From a virus (taxonomy: Duplodnaviria; Caudoviricetes): 64,000 nucleotides of DNA. The notes under the pieces are model-generated. The model was not told where the DNA came from and did no database searches. It saw only the letters and a list, made by a program, of their open reading frames with translations. Shown piece after piece: positions 18,334 through 26,857 of this stretch. The first letter of the stretch is position 1; each line of letters begins with the position of its first letter. The stretch covers positions 46,779 to 110,778 of the IMG/VR virus record IMGVR_UViG_2599185359_000001, one strand, 5' to 3'. The translations under genes and the position numbers were made by a program.

Positions 18334-19626
18334 TCAATTCCGCGATCCCTTCATCAGCTGCCCCAGGCGGCGGCGTGCATTGCGCAGCATGCCCGAAACT
18401 TCACTTTCCGACTTGCTCATCTCCTTCGAGATTTCACTCACCGACATCTTGCGTTGCTTATACAGAAATAGAGCTTTGCGTTCAGTGGGATCTAGTTGCT
18501 TCAGCGCGTCCGTGATCGAGAGACCGCTTTTCCCGCTGCCCGGGCGATCGCCTTCATCTTGGTCATCGGCGTCCCCATCATCTGCTTCTCCGGCGCTAAC
18601 TTCCGAGTCGTCATCGGCGGCATCGCGGTCGTCTTCCCCGCTTTCGCCCTCGCCATGGTCGTCCGACGAACCGTCGCCTTCATCGTCCCCGCCGGTGCCC
18701 GCGCAGCTATCGGCGTCATCGCCATCTTCACCGTCGCTCTGACCTTCGCCGTCTCCGTGACCCTCTGCGTCGCCTTCGTCCTCGGCGCTTTCGTTCTGCC
18801 CCTGGTCGTCGGAGGCATCTTCTGCATCCGGGGTGTCGTCGGCGTCTTCATCCGAGGTGTCGTCCGAGGTGTCGTCGGCGTCTTCGTCTGCGGGATCGGG
18901 CGACGACGGTGCCGGCGGAGGCGGCGCCTTCTCTTCGCCCTTCTCGGGCTCGGGCTCGGGCTTGGGCTCGCGCTTGGGCGGCTTCATCGCCTCCAGCATC
19001 GCCTCGACGATCTCTTCGACGTCGTCGAAGGTCTCCATCGCCTTGAGGCGCCGGGAGAGATCGGGCAGGCGGCTTAGCAGCGGCATGAAGTGCGGCCAAA
19101 GCTTGTGAGCGTCCATATGCTCCTGAAAAGCCTTCTGACCGGCCAGCGCGCGCATTGCGGCCACCATGACCCCGCCGAGCGCCTGGCCGGCATCGCCAGA
19201 GGCAAGCGCCTTCTCGATCGCGGGATGGATCATGGTCGGGATGAACTGCTCGTACATCCGCTCGAGATTCTCTTTGGTGCCCGGCAGATCGCGCGGGAGA
19301 AGCTTCTCAAGCCGGATGTCCTCCACGATATTGATGAGCGCTGCGGCCTTTGCCGTCCGGCCGGCCTTCGTCGCGCGAGCGAACGGGGTATAGAAGATGT
19401 GGCCGACCTCATGGTCGAGGTAACCGTGGATCGCCGCGAGCAGCTCGTCCGACGCGTTGTCGTTCAACTCGGGCAGCACCAGCTTGAGCGCCTTGTTGCC
19501 CTTGGTAGCGACATAGGGCTGGTGGCCGCGGAATTGTACCGCGATGCCGTCCCGCGTGAGGAGCCGAACGGTCTTCGCCAGCGAGTCGCGATGCGACACT
19601 GCCTTCAACGCTCCCGGTGCGCTCAT
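18334..19626 (-). CDS. CobT-like N-terminal half (HExxH domain, acidic linker) with C-terminal sigma70 region-4-like HTH
   Basis: ATG at 19626 after GGAGGAG; GYLDHEVGH, NIVEDIRLE; D/E-rich linker; LDPTERKAL...MSVSEISKEMSKSESEVSGMLRNARRRL. Confidence 0.8.
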   Translation of the reverse strand: MSAPGALKAVSHRDSLAKTVRLLTRDGIAVQFRGHQPYVATKGNKALKLVLPELNDNASDELLAAIHGYLDHEVGHIFYTPFARATKAGRTAKAAALINIVEDIRLEKLLPRDLPGTKENLERMYEQFIPTMIHPAIEKALASGDAGQALGGVMVAAMRALAGQKAFQEHMDAHKLWPHFMPLLSRLPDLSRRLKAMETFDDVEEIVEAMLEAMKPPKREPKPEPEPEKGEEKAPPPPAPSSPDPADEDADDTSDDTSDEDADDTPDAEDASDDQGQNESAEDEGDAEGHGDGEGQSDGEDGDDADSCAGTGGDDEGDGSSDDHGEGESGEDDRDAADDDSEVSAGEADDGDADDQDEGDRPGSGKSGLSITDALKQLDPTERKALFLYKQRKMSVSEISKEMSKSESEVSGMLRNARRRLGQLMKGSRN

Positions 19627-19640
19627 CGTTGCTCCTCCAT

Positions 19641-19660
19641 GTGTGTGTTGCTCTGCATAC
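19641..19660 (+). promoter_or_regulatory. Operator motif copy 8
   Basis: GTGTGTGTTGCTCTGCATAC. Confidence 0.72.
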
Positions 19661-19669
19661 GATCGCGAT

Positions 19670-19714
19670 AAAGAAAGAGCGCGAAGCAGTCTAGTGGCTT
19701 CGCGCTCTTCTTTT
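19670..19714. terminator. Bidirectional intrinsic terminator downstream of repressor
   Basis: AAGAGCGCGAAGC/GCTTCGCGCTCTT stem flanked by A- and T-tracts. Confidence 0.75.
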
Positions 19715-19764
19715 GTGTCATGCTTTGGCAGCGAGCTCTTCAGCGACACCGCTTGCGATCGGTG

Positions 19765-20340
19765 TCAGAGCTTCGCCAGGAACTCGTCGAGCGCCTTCCG
19801 CTGTACCGGCGTAAGACCCGCCGGGTGGTGGTTGCGGATCGCCTCGACGATCGGCACTTCGCCCAGGCTCATCCAGCGACGCGACGGATTACGATCGGTC
19901 ACAACGTCACGCAGCACATTCACGACATTCTGCGGCAGGCTGTCGAGCTCGGCGCCGGCCAGCGCCTCCAGGTCGGTCGCTACGAAGCTGTCGCTACCCT
20001 TCGCCTTGGGGGCGGCCCGGGCGCCAGAGAGCATGCGCGCCCAGTCGATTTCGGGGTGCCGCTGCTCGAGCACAGCCATGATGAAATCGCCAGCGTTGAG
20101 CTTGAGAACGCGAGCAATGTCCGGGGCACGATCGATGGGAATGGGCACGCGGCCGGCGGCCATGTGCGACAGCACCACGGCCGTCTTGTAGTTCAACAGC
20201 TTTGCGACGGCGCGCTGGTTCCACTGCTTCTCACGCTCGACCTGATTAAGGCCGTCCGCGAGCATTTTGGTAGCACGGGTGTGCTGAAAGGGGTAATCAC
20301 CCTCCGCTGCGTTCAGATTGATTGCCGTCGTTACTGCCAT
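19765..20340 (-). CDS. XRE/Cro-CI family HTH repressor (candidate immunity repressor)
   Basis: ATG after GAGGAGG; WNQRAVAKLLNYKTAVVLSHMAAGRVPIPIDRAPDIARVL HTH; own promoter, operators and terminator. Confidence 0.72.
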   Translation of the reverse strand: MAVTTAINLNAAEGDYPFQHTRATKMLADGLNQVEREKQWNQRAVAKLLNYKTAVVLSHMAAGRVPIPIDRAPDIARVLKLNAGDFIMAVLEQRHPEIDWARMLSGARAAPKAKGSDSFVATDLEALAGAELDSLPQNVVNVLRDVVTDRNPSRRWMSLGEVPIVEAIRNHHPAGLTPVQRKALDEFLAKL

Positions 20341-20378
20341 CTTATTTGCCTCCTCGTTGCTGCGTCGCTCGCTGCCTG

Positions 20379-20398
20379 ACGCTGGTGTTAACACACAC
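20379..20398 (-). promoter_or_regulatory. Operator motif copy 9 (repressor +1 region, inverted)
   Basis: GTGTGTGTTAACACCAGCGT on minus strand. Confidence 0.55.
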
Positions 20399-20399
20399 T

Positions 20400-20427
20400 T
20401 GGTTAGCGACACTGCACACGTTGTCAA
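20400..20427 (-). promoter_or_regulatory. Putative sigma70 promoter of repressor
   Basis: TTGACA-N16-TAACCA (gcTAACCA, alphaproteobacterial-type -10) on minus strand. Confidence 0.55.
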
Positions 20428-20524
20428 CAGTGTTACTCTCGCTAACAGGGCATTTCGTCAGAACGAAAACAGAACATACTGGCTCAGTCACCTCCATTCG
20501 CTTGGAAAGCTTCGAAGCCACGAA

Positions 20525-20544
20525 ATATGTGTCGACATGCACAC
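20525..20544 (+). promoter_or_regulatory. Operator motif copy 10
   Basis: ATATGTGTCGACATGCACAC. Confidence 0.62.
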
Positions 20545-20596
20545 CAACATGAACGGCATGTTAACGCCTACCATTTCGGGTATGTTTCGGACGGCA

Positions 20597-21685
20597 CTAC
20601 GCGTAAGGGTTCCGCAATTTGATCTTGATCCCCAGTGCCTTCGAATACGGCAATGCTCGATCAATAGCTTTCCTTACGATCTCACCCGCAACCTCGGCCG
20701 GATCCTTCCCCCGCGGCAAGAAGCCGATGCGGACTGCGAAGCCGTAGCGCACCAGTTTTTCAGCGGCTTTGACGGCGCCAGTCAGCGCCGCGCGCTCGCC
20801 GTCCCAAAGGATGGTGATGATCTTGAGCCCTGCCGCCTTTAGCTCCATCAGCGCCTGCAGCTGCGTCGGCATGCCAGGCTCAGCGTCCAAGGTGAGATTC
20901 TTGCCGAATGAGCCGATGGCCCCGATCCCGCGCCAGTTGCGATCGCCGTCTATTGCAGCCTGGATTGCCCAAACGTCGGGCGCGCCTTCCCCCATCACGG
21001 CGTGCGCCCAGCCCTCCACCTTCGCGCGATGGCCGTTATAGAGGTACCTTGCCGTGGAGCTCAGGCGAGCGGGGAAGAGATACTTTGGATCCGCTTTTCC
21101 CGTGACATCGCGGCCCTGGAATGTGACCAGTTGCCCGCCGAGATCCCGGATGGGGATGATCACACGGCCGGAAAACACCTTGCGCCGGTCATTGCCGTCC
21201 TCGTCCTTATAGAAGAACGCTCCATCGTGACACATCCTTAGCTCGAACGCCGTCTGGATGGCGGCCGAGAAGCCGCGGTCGTTCAGGTAGGGAATGCCCG
21301 CGGCGCCGGCGGCCACACTCATCGGGAGCTTGAGTGCGCCCGACAATGCGGGGGTTACCTGCTTCCGCACGCGCTGCTTGGGCCGCCAGCCGCCGCCCTT
21401 TGCGATCTCGTCAAACTTCGCGCCAATCGCCTTGTTGTCCTCTGTCGCCAGGTGAGCGGCGGCGAAAGTCCACAGGTTGAATTTCGTGTCGCAAGAGCCG
21501 TGGAAGCAGTTGCCGTAGCCCGAGTCTACTCCCAGGTAGACCTTCCAGCTGGACCCGCCGCACTTGGGGCACTCGCGAATGTTGAACTGGCGCCCGCGGC
21601 TGCCAGATGTCTGGCGATATTCGATCCCCTCATATTCAAGGAAGTCTTCCGGCGTGACGTTCTGGTAGCCGCTATCGCCGTTCAT
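20597..21685 (-). CDS. Phage DNA primase (Zn finger + TOPRIM)
   Basis: CPKC..CFHGSC, GRVIIPIRD, FQGR, PKY, GEG, WDGE, KDP; TGATG-coupled to helicase. Confidence 0.85.
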   Translation of the reverse strand: MNGDSGYQNVTPEDFLEYEGIEYRQTSGSRGRQFNIRECPKCGGSSWKVYLGVDSGYGNCFHGSCDTKFNLWTFAAAHLATEDNKAIGAKFDEIAKGGGWRPKQRVRKQVTPALSGALKLPMSVAAGAAGIPYLNDRGFSAAIQTAFELRMCHDGAFFYKDEDGNDRRKVFSGRVIIPIRDLGGQLVTFQGRDVTGKADPKYLFPARLSSTARYLYNGHRAKVEGWAHAVMGEGAPDVWAIQAAIDGDRNWRGIGAIGSFGKNLTLDAEPGMPTQLQALMELKAAGLKIITILWDGERAALTGAVKAAEKLVRYGFAVRIGFLPRGKDPAEVAGEIVRKAIDRALPYSKALGIKIKLRNPYA

Positions 21686-23013
21686 CAGTCGAAGCCCATG
21701 AACTCGGTGAGGAACCGCATGCACTTCAGGTCCTGCTTGAACCGCATCCGCACACCGCTCTCGGCGTTTCGCATTTCGGAGAAGTAGAGAACCACCTCAC
21801 CGTTCGCGCGCTCGTCGACCGACTGGTTGATGGTGATCAGCACGTCGGCCGTGCGGACCACTTCGTAATCGTCGGCCGCGTCAGTGCCGTCCGAGACGTT
21901 TCGCTGCGCCTTCTGAGTGCCGGTGCGGTTGGTCTGGTAGCCGGTGATGACCGCGGCGTTGAAGGTGGTCCCCATCGCGCGCAAGTCCTGACCGACTTCG
22001 GCCAAGCCGAACCGCTTGTCCTGGTACTGCTGCTCCGGCCTCATGATGCCCAGGTAGTCGACGACGATCAGGTCATAGTCCTGGCCGTTCGCCTGCTTCT
22101 TCTTCAGGATGCGGACGAGCTCAGAGACCTTGAGCGTGCGGATCGGGAACGCCTGGACGTCGAAGACGCCGAGGCCGGGCTTCTTCTCCCATGCCTCGAG
22201 CGCGGCATCGACTTCGGCCTGGCGCTGGACCAGCTCCTTGAAGGCCACACCAGAGACGTTCGCGTCGCTGCGATCCTCGATGATGTCCTCAGAGACTTCG
22301 CAGCTGGCATAGAAGACGCGGAAGCCCGCCTCGGCCGCCTTGAGCGCGAAGGTGATCATCGAGGCGGTCTTGCCCGACTTCGGCGGCCCCATGAGGATAT
22401 TCAGCTCCTTGCGACCCCAGCCGCGGTGCGGCGTCAGCTGGTTGTCGAGCTCGGGGAAGCCGGTGGTGATGCCGCCGTTCGTGTAGCCGCCTGCTGCTGC
22501 CTGCGCGCGCCGCTGCTGACGGTTCGCGCGCCCCGACGTGAAGGTGCGCGCCACCTGCGCGTCCGTCGCGCCGACCTGCTTCGCCTCCTCAATTGCGGCG
22601 AGCCCCTTGAAGATCTTGGTCTGATCTTGGCTATCCAGCGCGTCAGCGAGGCCCATTGTGGCGTTCTCGAGCGCGGCGTGGCGGGCGAAATCGGCGATGG
22701 TGTCGATCACGAACTGTCGGTCGGCCAGCGGATCGCGGTGCAGCACGCCGAGAAGCCGCTTCACCTCATCGAAGTCGGCGATCTTCACCTTCTTCGCAGC
22801 GACGAGGCGCTTCATCACCTGCACATAGGTCTGCAGGGTGGGGCAGTGGCCGTATTTCTCCAGGTAGATCTTCTGGATCGCGACGATCGCGGCGAGGGAC
22901 TCGTTCTCGAAATACTCGGGCAGCACCAGGCCGCCGACCGATTGCACGAACACGTTGTCGCGCAGATAGTGGGCAGCAAGCTGCTCCTGAAAGGCTTGAT
23001 CGAACTGAGACAT
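21685..23013 (-). CDS. dnaB: DnaB-like replicative helicase
   Basis: ITTGFPELD, GPPKSGKT, SCE, IVVDYLGI, QTNR; ATG at 23013. Confidence 0.88.
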   Translation of the reverse strand: MSQFDQAFQEQLAAHYLRDNVFVQSVGGLVLPEYFENESLAAIVAIQKIYLEKYGHCPTLQTYVQVMKRLVAAKKVKIADFDEVKRLLGVLHRDPLADRQFVIDTIADFARHAALENATMGLADALDSQDQTKIFKGLAAIEEAKQVGATDAQVARTFTSGRANRQQRRAQAAAGGYTNGGITTGFPELDNQLTPHRGWGRKELNILMGPPKSGKTASMITFALKAAEAGFRVFYASCEVSEDIIEDRSDANVSGVAFKELVQRQAEVDAALEAWEKKPGLGVFDVQAFPIRTLKVSELVRILKKKQANGQDYDLIVVDYLGIMRPEQQYQDKRFGLAEVGQDLRAMGTTFNAAVITGYQTNRTGTQKAQRNVSDGTDAADDYEVVRTADVLITINQSVDERANGEVVLYFSEMRNAESGVRMRFKQDLKCMRFLTEFMGFD

Positions 23014-23023
23014 GAACCCTCTG

Positions 23024-23043
23024 GTGTGTGTCACTTCGCATAC
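23024..23043 (+). promoter_or_regulatory. Operator motif copy 11 (dnaB)
   Basis: GTGTGTGTCACTTCGCATAC. Confidence 0.72.
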
Positions 23044-23084
23044 GCTGCAGGGTGCGATGCGTCAATGCGGTTTGCAGCCGCGGA

Positions 23085-23879
23085 TCAATTAGCGATGAGG
23101 CGGGCGCGCTCGACTTGATGCTTGCCGAAAAAGGCGAGGGCGTCATCCACGGGCAGCTGGGGCGTGCGGTAGACGACGTTGGCGAGACCGGTCGCCTTAT
23201 CTGCGCGCTGCTGGATCTGTTCTATCAGCCAGGCGCGATAGGCGTCCTGGGCGGGCAGCCCGGCGTAGTTTTCCACCTTGAACATAGGGTGCTGCGCGGT
23301 GAAAAGCCGGCTCTCGCTCAGCTTCTCCCATTCTTCGACCACCAGGGCGCCGAGCTTGGGGGAATAGAGCTGCGCGGGCTGGGGCAAGCGGGTCCACATC
23401 GTGTCGATCGCCACTTGGTTCGCCAGCCGGACGAACTGGTCATAGGGCATGCCGAGCGCGTCACAGGTGAGCATCGCGTTCCACATGCCGGTGATGTGCT
23501 TGGCATCGCGGTCCCAGATCTCCTCCACCGTGTACTGGACCGGAGCCACGCCGATCAGCGCGGACCCCAGGCGCTTCCCCTGTGAGGCGGACTGCCGGGC
23601 GCGCTCGCGAGTGAAGCGACGCGCTGCGATCTTGAAGGACCGATAATAGTGGTGCGCGAAGAGCAGGAAGCTGTGGCCCGGCGATAGCCGGCGATAGTCC
23701 CACCACTTCGTCCCGTAGACCGCCGCGACGTCCTTGATGTGCCGCTTGGGCACATGCGCCGCGATCAGGCCCTCGATCCTGGCGGCCGGCAGGTTCGTTC
23801 CGAAGAACGCGCCCTGCACGGCCGCCATAAGGACGGCGTCGTCAGCGTGATCCTGTGCTGAGAAGACGCCGAGGGTCAT
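23085..23879 (-). CDS. Conserved-type phage protein upstream of helicase (possible loader)
   Basis: TKWWDYR...RLPQPAQLY; ATGA overlap with phoH. Confidence 0.6.
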   Translation of the reverse strand: MTLGVFSAQDHADDAVLMAAVQGAFFGTNLPAARIEGLIAAHVPKRHIKDVAAVYGTKWWDYRRLSPGHSFLLFAHHYYRSFKIAARRFTRERARQSASQGKRLGSALIGVAPVQYTVEEIWDRDAKHITGMWNAMLTCDALGMPYDQFVRLANQVAIDTMWTRLPQPAQLYSPKLGALVVEEWEKLSESRLFTAQHPMFKVENYAGLPAQDAYRAWLIEQIQQRADKATGLANVVYRTPQLPVDDALAFFGKHQVERARLIAN

Positions 23880-24694
23880 GCGTTGCCGAGCGGCTGGGCG
23901 GAGTAGTTGAAGAAGTCAGGCACGGGGTTGGTGACCGGAGCGTCGCGCTCGCGCGGCTCATCGGCGTAGCCGAGGCACACTTCCTTCGCGATGCCCGAGC
24001 GCACGATGTCATCGATCCCGAAGCGCACATAGCCGAACTGCGGGTGGCTCTTGAAGCGCTTGACCGCGTCAGCGAGGCCGGAAGGGCCGGTGATGTCCGT
24101 CTGCTTCAGGTCGCCGTCGACGATCATCGACGTGCCTTCACCGATGCGGGACAGGAACATCTTCATCTGCTTGGGCGTGGTGTTCTGCGCCTCGTCCAGC
24201 AGCACCGTGCAGTTCGAGAAGGTTCGACCGCGCAGCATGCCCAGCGGGGCGATCTCGATCCGGCCCGTCTTGAGGAGGTACTCGACGAAGCTGGTTCCCA
24301 GGCGCTCGTTCAGAATGTCGATGACTGGCTGCGCCCAGGGGAGGACCTTGTCTTCGAGCTCGCCCGGGAAGAAGCCGAGCTCTTCGCCGGCGCCGACTGC
24401 GGGGCGGGTCAGGACGAAACGATGCTCGTTGTCCTCGATCAGACGGTCGGCCGCGGTCGCAGTGGGAACGAACGTCTTGCCGGTGCCGAACTCGCCCTCA
24501 ACGAAGGTGATCGGGTAGACGTTGACGGCGTTGGCAAGCGAGGCTTGAGCGTCGGTCAGTGGTGCCCAGGCCTTGCGCTTGAAGGGGGCACGGGGAACTT
24601 GGAGGCTGTCACCGGGAAGCTCGTTGCGCGGCGCACGCTGCTGTTTGCTGTTGCGGCGCGCTTGCTTCCCGGTGTTACGGGCCTGCTTGGTCAT
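23876..24694 (-). CDS. phoH: PhoH-family ATPase
   Basis: GEFGTGKT, TRPAV, LGFFPG, RGRTF, LDEAQN, DGDLKQTD, DIVRSG. Confidence 0.92.
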   Translation of the reverse strand: MTKQARNTGKQARRNSKQQRAPRNELPGDSLQVPRAPFKRKAWAPLTDAQASLANAVNVYPITFVEGEFGTGKTFVPTATAADRLIEDNEHRFVLTRPAVGAGEELGFFPGELEDKVLPWAQPVIDILNERLGTSFVEYLLKTGRIEIAPLGMLRGRTFSNCTVLLDEAQNTTPKQMKMFLSRIGEGTSMIVDGDLKQTDITGPSGLADAVKRFKSHPQFGYVRFGIDDIVRSGIAKEVCLGYADEPRERDAPVTNPVPDFFNYSAQPLGNA

Positions 24695-24721
24695 TAGTCA
24701 CTCCTAACGCTGTGCGTTGAC

Positions 24722-24741
24722 GTGTGCGTTCTTGCACACAC
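24722..24741 (+). promoter_or_regulatory. Operator motif copy 12 (phoH)
   Basis: GTGTGCGTTCTTGCACACAC. Confidence 0.68.
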
Positions 24742-24787
24742 ATTCTACACGACGCAAGAAGTTTCGTCGCGGCTTAATCGCCGCGCG

Positions 24788-25270
24788 TTATGCCAGCTCG
24801 AAATGCGGGCTGTCGGTCTCGCCCTTTTCCCGCGGCCGGCCGTTCTGGTTCCAGTCGGCGCCCCAGCGGAGCGAGACCCTCTCGAGCTTGGCTGCCTCAA
24901 GCACCAGCTTGGCCAGGGCGTCGAACCGCTTCAGGTTGTTCCAGTCGACGGGGTAGGGGATCAGATCCACCGCGTGCCCGAAGCCGTCCTTCTGTTTGCG
25001 GTGCTTGCTGTTCAGCGGATCGCTGAGCCAGGTGACCTTCGGCAGTCCCGGCGCCGCATGCACCGCCGGGACGCCCTTGGCGGCGCACTGGGCCGCAGTA
25101 CGACCCTTGCCGTAGTTGATATAGCACTGCTGATCGGTGCGCACGCCCTCGATTACCTTGAAGTCCAGGTCGGCGGTTGCCATCAGAGCAGCGCGCGTCA
25201 CCACGCGCACGATATCGGGATGAACACCCTTCAGATGGGCAAGGGATTCACTGCCCAGACGGATTGCCAT
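24788..25270 (-). CDS. Endolysin, M15 family (L-Ala-D-Glu-type) peptidase
   Basis: LKGVHPD, EGVRT, SKH...GHAVDL, WGADW, DSPHFEL. Confidence 0.88.
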   Translation of the reverse strand: MAIRLGSESLAHLKGVHPDIVRVVTRAALMATADLDFKVIEGVRTDQQCYINYGKGRTAAQCAAKGVPAVHAAPGLPKVTWLSDPLNSKHRKQKDGFGHAVDLIPYPVDWNNLKRFDALAKLVLEAAKLERVSLRWGADWNQNGRPREKGETDSPHFELA

Positions 25271-25284
25271 TGCTCTCTCCTACT

Positions 25285-25304
25285 GTGTGTTTCGTACCGC
25301 ATAG
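25285..25304 (+). promoter_or_regulatory. Operator motif copy 13 (endolysin)
   Basis: GTGTGTTTCGTACCGCATAG. Confidence 0.55.
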
Positions 25305-25377
25305 GCCGCGGTCGCGGGTTTGGTTGGGACGGTTTGCGAGGGGCGGCTCAGCCAGAGCGCGAGCGCGGCAAACCCCC

Positions 25378-25761
25378 TCACTTCAAGCCGTCCTTGTCGG
25401 CGTCGGCGTCGCCCACGCTCTTGCCGAAGGTGGGCAGGAACATGCGCGCGAAGTAGCTGGCGACCTTGATCGGGCTATCCGCGAACTGCCGGCTGGTCTT
25501 GAGCACGCCGGCAAGGACGTTCTCGCAAACGACCGCAGCCACGCCAGCCAGGAACAGGGTCGCGTAGAAGTTCCAGTGCAGATCCTGCAGAAACCCCCAG
25601 CCTACAACGGCGCCTGCGCCACCATAGACGCAGCCGGCCAGCAGCGAGGTCCAGCGGCGCTTCACGTCGCTGACCATGGACTGCAGCAGGATCAGGATCG
25701 CTCCGCCCGTGAACAGCCAGATGTGCTGGATGAGCGTTGCCTTCTCGTTCTCAATCGGCAC
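25378..25761 (-). CDS. Holin-like membrane protein
   Basis: Three hydrophobic segments and a charged C-tail, directly upstream of endolysin. Confidence 0.6.
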   Translation of the reverse strand: MPIENEKATLIQHIWLFTGGAILILLQSMVSDVKRRWTSLLAGCVYGGAGAVVGWGFLQDLHWNFYATLFLAGVAAVVCENVLAGVLKTSRQFADSPIKVASYFARMFLPTFGKSVGDADADKDGLK

Positions 25762-26119
25762 TTCGGTTCCCTTCGCCCCACAGATACTTGTCGACGGGAC
25801 CGACCTCCTTGCTCAGCGTGACCGCGACGAAGATGTGCGCGAGTGTGAACAGGATGCCGGCGACTGCGTGAATGAAGAAGAAGCGCTGCCCGTAGGGGGT
25901 AGCGATGCTCCAGTCGTTGCGAATGCCGAACTCGACCAGGACGCCGGTCAGGTACAGCGATAGGCAGGTACTGGCGGTGACCCAGGCGTAGAGCACCGCA
26001 TTGCGCTTGCCTCGGAAGTAGTCGGGCACTTTGAAGCGCCAGTGCTTCCCGGAGCCGACCGCCACGATACCCGAGATGATCGCGAGGATCGACATGACGA
26101 GCGTGAAGCCCACAATCAT
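25751..26119 (-). CDS. Membrane protein of lysis cassette (holin/antiholin candidate)
   Basis: Three TM segments; overlaps both neighbours. Confidence 0.55.
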   Translation of the reverse strand: MIVGFTLVMSILAIISGIVAVGSGKHWRFKVPDYFRGKRNAVLYAWVTASTCLSLYLTGVLVEFGIRNDWSIATPYGQRFFFIHAVAGILFTLAHIFVAVTLSKEVGPVDKYLWGEGNRSAD

Positions 26120-26298
26120 GCGGCGCGCTCGCTGGGGCTGTGAAAGCCTACCGGGCTTGTCGGTTTGTGTTCAGCCTGCACATCGACGGGCTGATCGCTC
26201 TCATATTCGATGGCGATTGCCATCTTCCGGCGGCGGGCGCGAAGGAAAAGCCAGACGGCAACCCCCAGCGCGAGCAAGCCAATGCTCATCCAATTCAT
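26116..26298 (-). CDS. Small single-TM protein, first gene of lysis operon
   Basis: TM followed by RARRRK; GAGGA RBS. Confidence 0.55.
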   Translation of the reverse strand: MNWMSIGLLALGVAVWLFLRARRRKMAIAIEYESDQPVDVQAEHKPTSPVGFHSPSERAA

Positions 26299-26312
26299 GC
26301 GCTTCCTCGCGT

Positions 26313-26332
26313 GTGCGTGTCAGTTGGCACAT
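26313..26332 (+). promoter_or_regulatory. Operator motif copy 14 (lysis promoter)
   Basis: GTGCGTGTCAGTTGGCACAT. Confidence 0.7.
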
Positions 26333-26359
26333 ACTAACATGAACGCGAAGAAGCGGCAA
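26331..26359 (-). promoter_or_regulatory. sigma70 promoter of lysis operon
   Basis: TTGCCG-N17-TAGTAT with extended TG; operator copy over -10/+1. Confidence 0.65.
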
Positions 26360-26366
26360 TGAAGGC

Positions 26367-26690
26367 TTAGGTGGCGGGCTGCTCCACCAGCGTCTTGGAC
26401 AGCTCCTCGATCTGCTGTGCGATCGGGAGCGCGTCGTAGCGCAGGATGGTGCTGACCCGCTCCAGCCGGGTGTAGGTGTCCCGGTCGATCGTAGGCATCG
26501 AGGCGCTGATCGACTGTACGACAGAGTTGATCATCGCGGGCGTGAGGATGTCGGCGAGCGTGCCGAAAGACTTGAGCTTGGCAATCCGCGCAGCTTCCTT
26601 CTCCTGCTGGGCAGCGCGGGCTTGCTTCTCCTGCAGCGCCTGAAGTGTAGCGAGCTCCTCCGCCGTCAGCGTGTCTTGTTCCATAACCAT
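26367..26690 (-). CDS. Hypothetical (tail fibre-associated) protein
   Basis: AAGGAG RBS; downstream of fibre. Confidence 0.65.
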   Translation of the reverse strand: MVMEQDTLTAEELATLQALQEKQARAAQQEKEAARIAKLKSFGTLADILTPAMINSVVQSISASMPTIDRDTYTRLERVSTILRYDALPIAQQIEELSKTLVEQPAT

Positions 26691-26699
26691 GTCTTCTCC

Positions 26700-26855
26700 T
26701 TAGCTTTGATCGTTCGTTTCTTCCGACGAAGGGAACGGTGAGGGCACCATCTCGAAGGAGTGCCCCTCCTGCGCGTTCATGAGCAAGTCCTCCGGGGACT
26801 CCGCGTAGACCCGCTTCACTTCCACGCCGTTCTCTTTTACTGCATACCAGGGCAT
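26700..26855 (-). CDS. 51-aa protein, possible fibre chaperone (not in ORF track)
   Basis: MPWYAVKENGVEVKRVYAES...; GAGG RBS, 2 nt after fibre stop. Confidence 0.6.
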   Translation of the reverse strand: MPWYAVKENGVEVKRVYAESPEDLLMNAQEGHSFEMVPSPFPSSEETNDQS

Positions 26856-26857
26856 TC

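Noticed and set aside
15558-19626. Cobalamin biosynthesis (true cobaltochelatase cobST)
   Set aside because: No cobN or other cob genes; phage CobS/T-like AAA+/vWA pairs are common and have other roles
1-23013. Inteins or introns in nrdA, recA, dnaE and dnaB
   Set aside because: Protein lengths and motif spacing are normal; no C...HN splice motifs or LAGLIDADG seen
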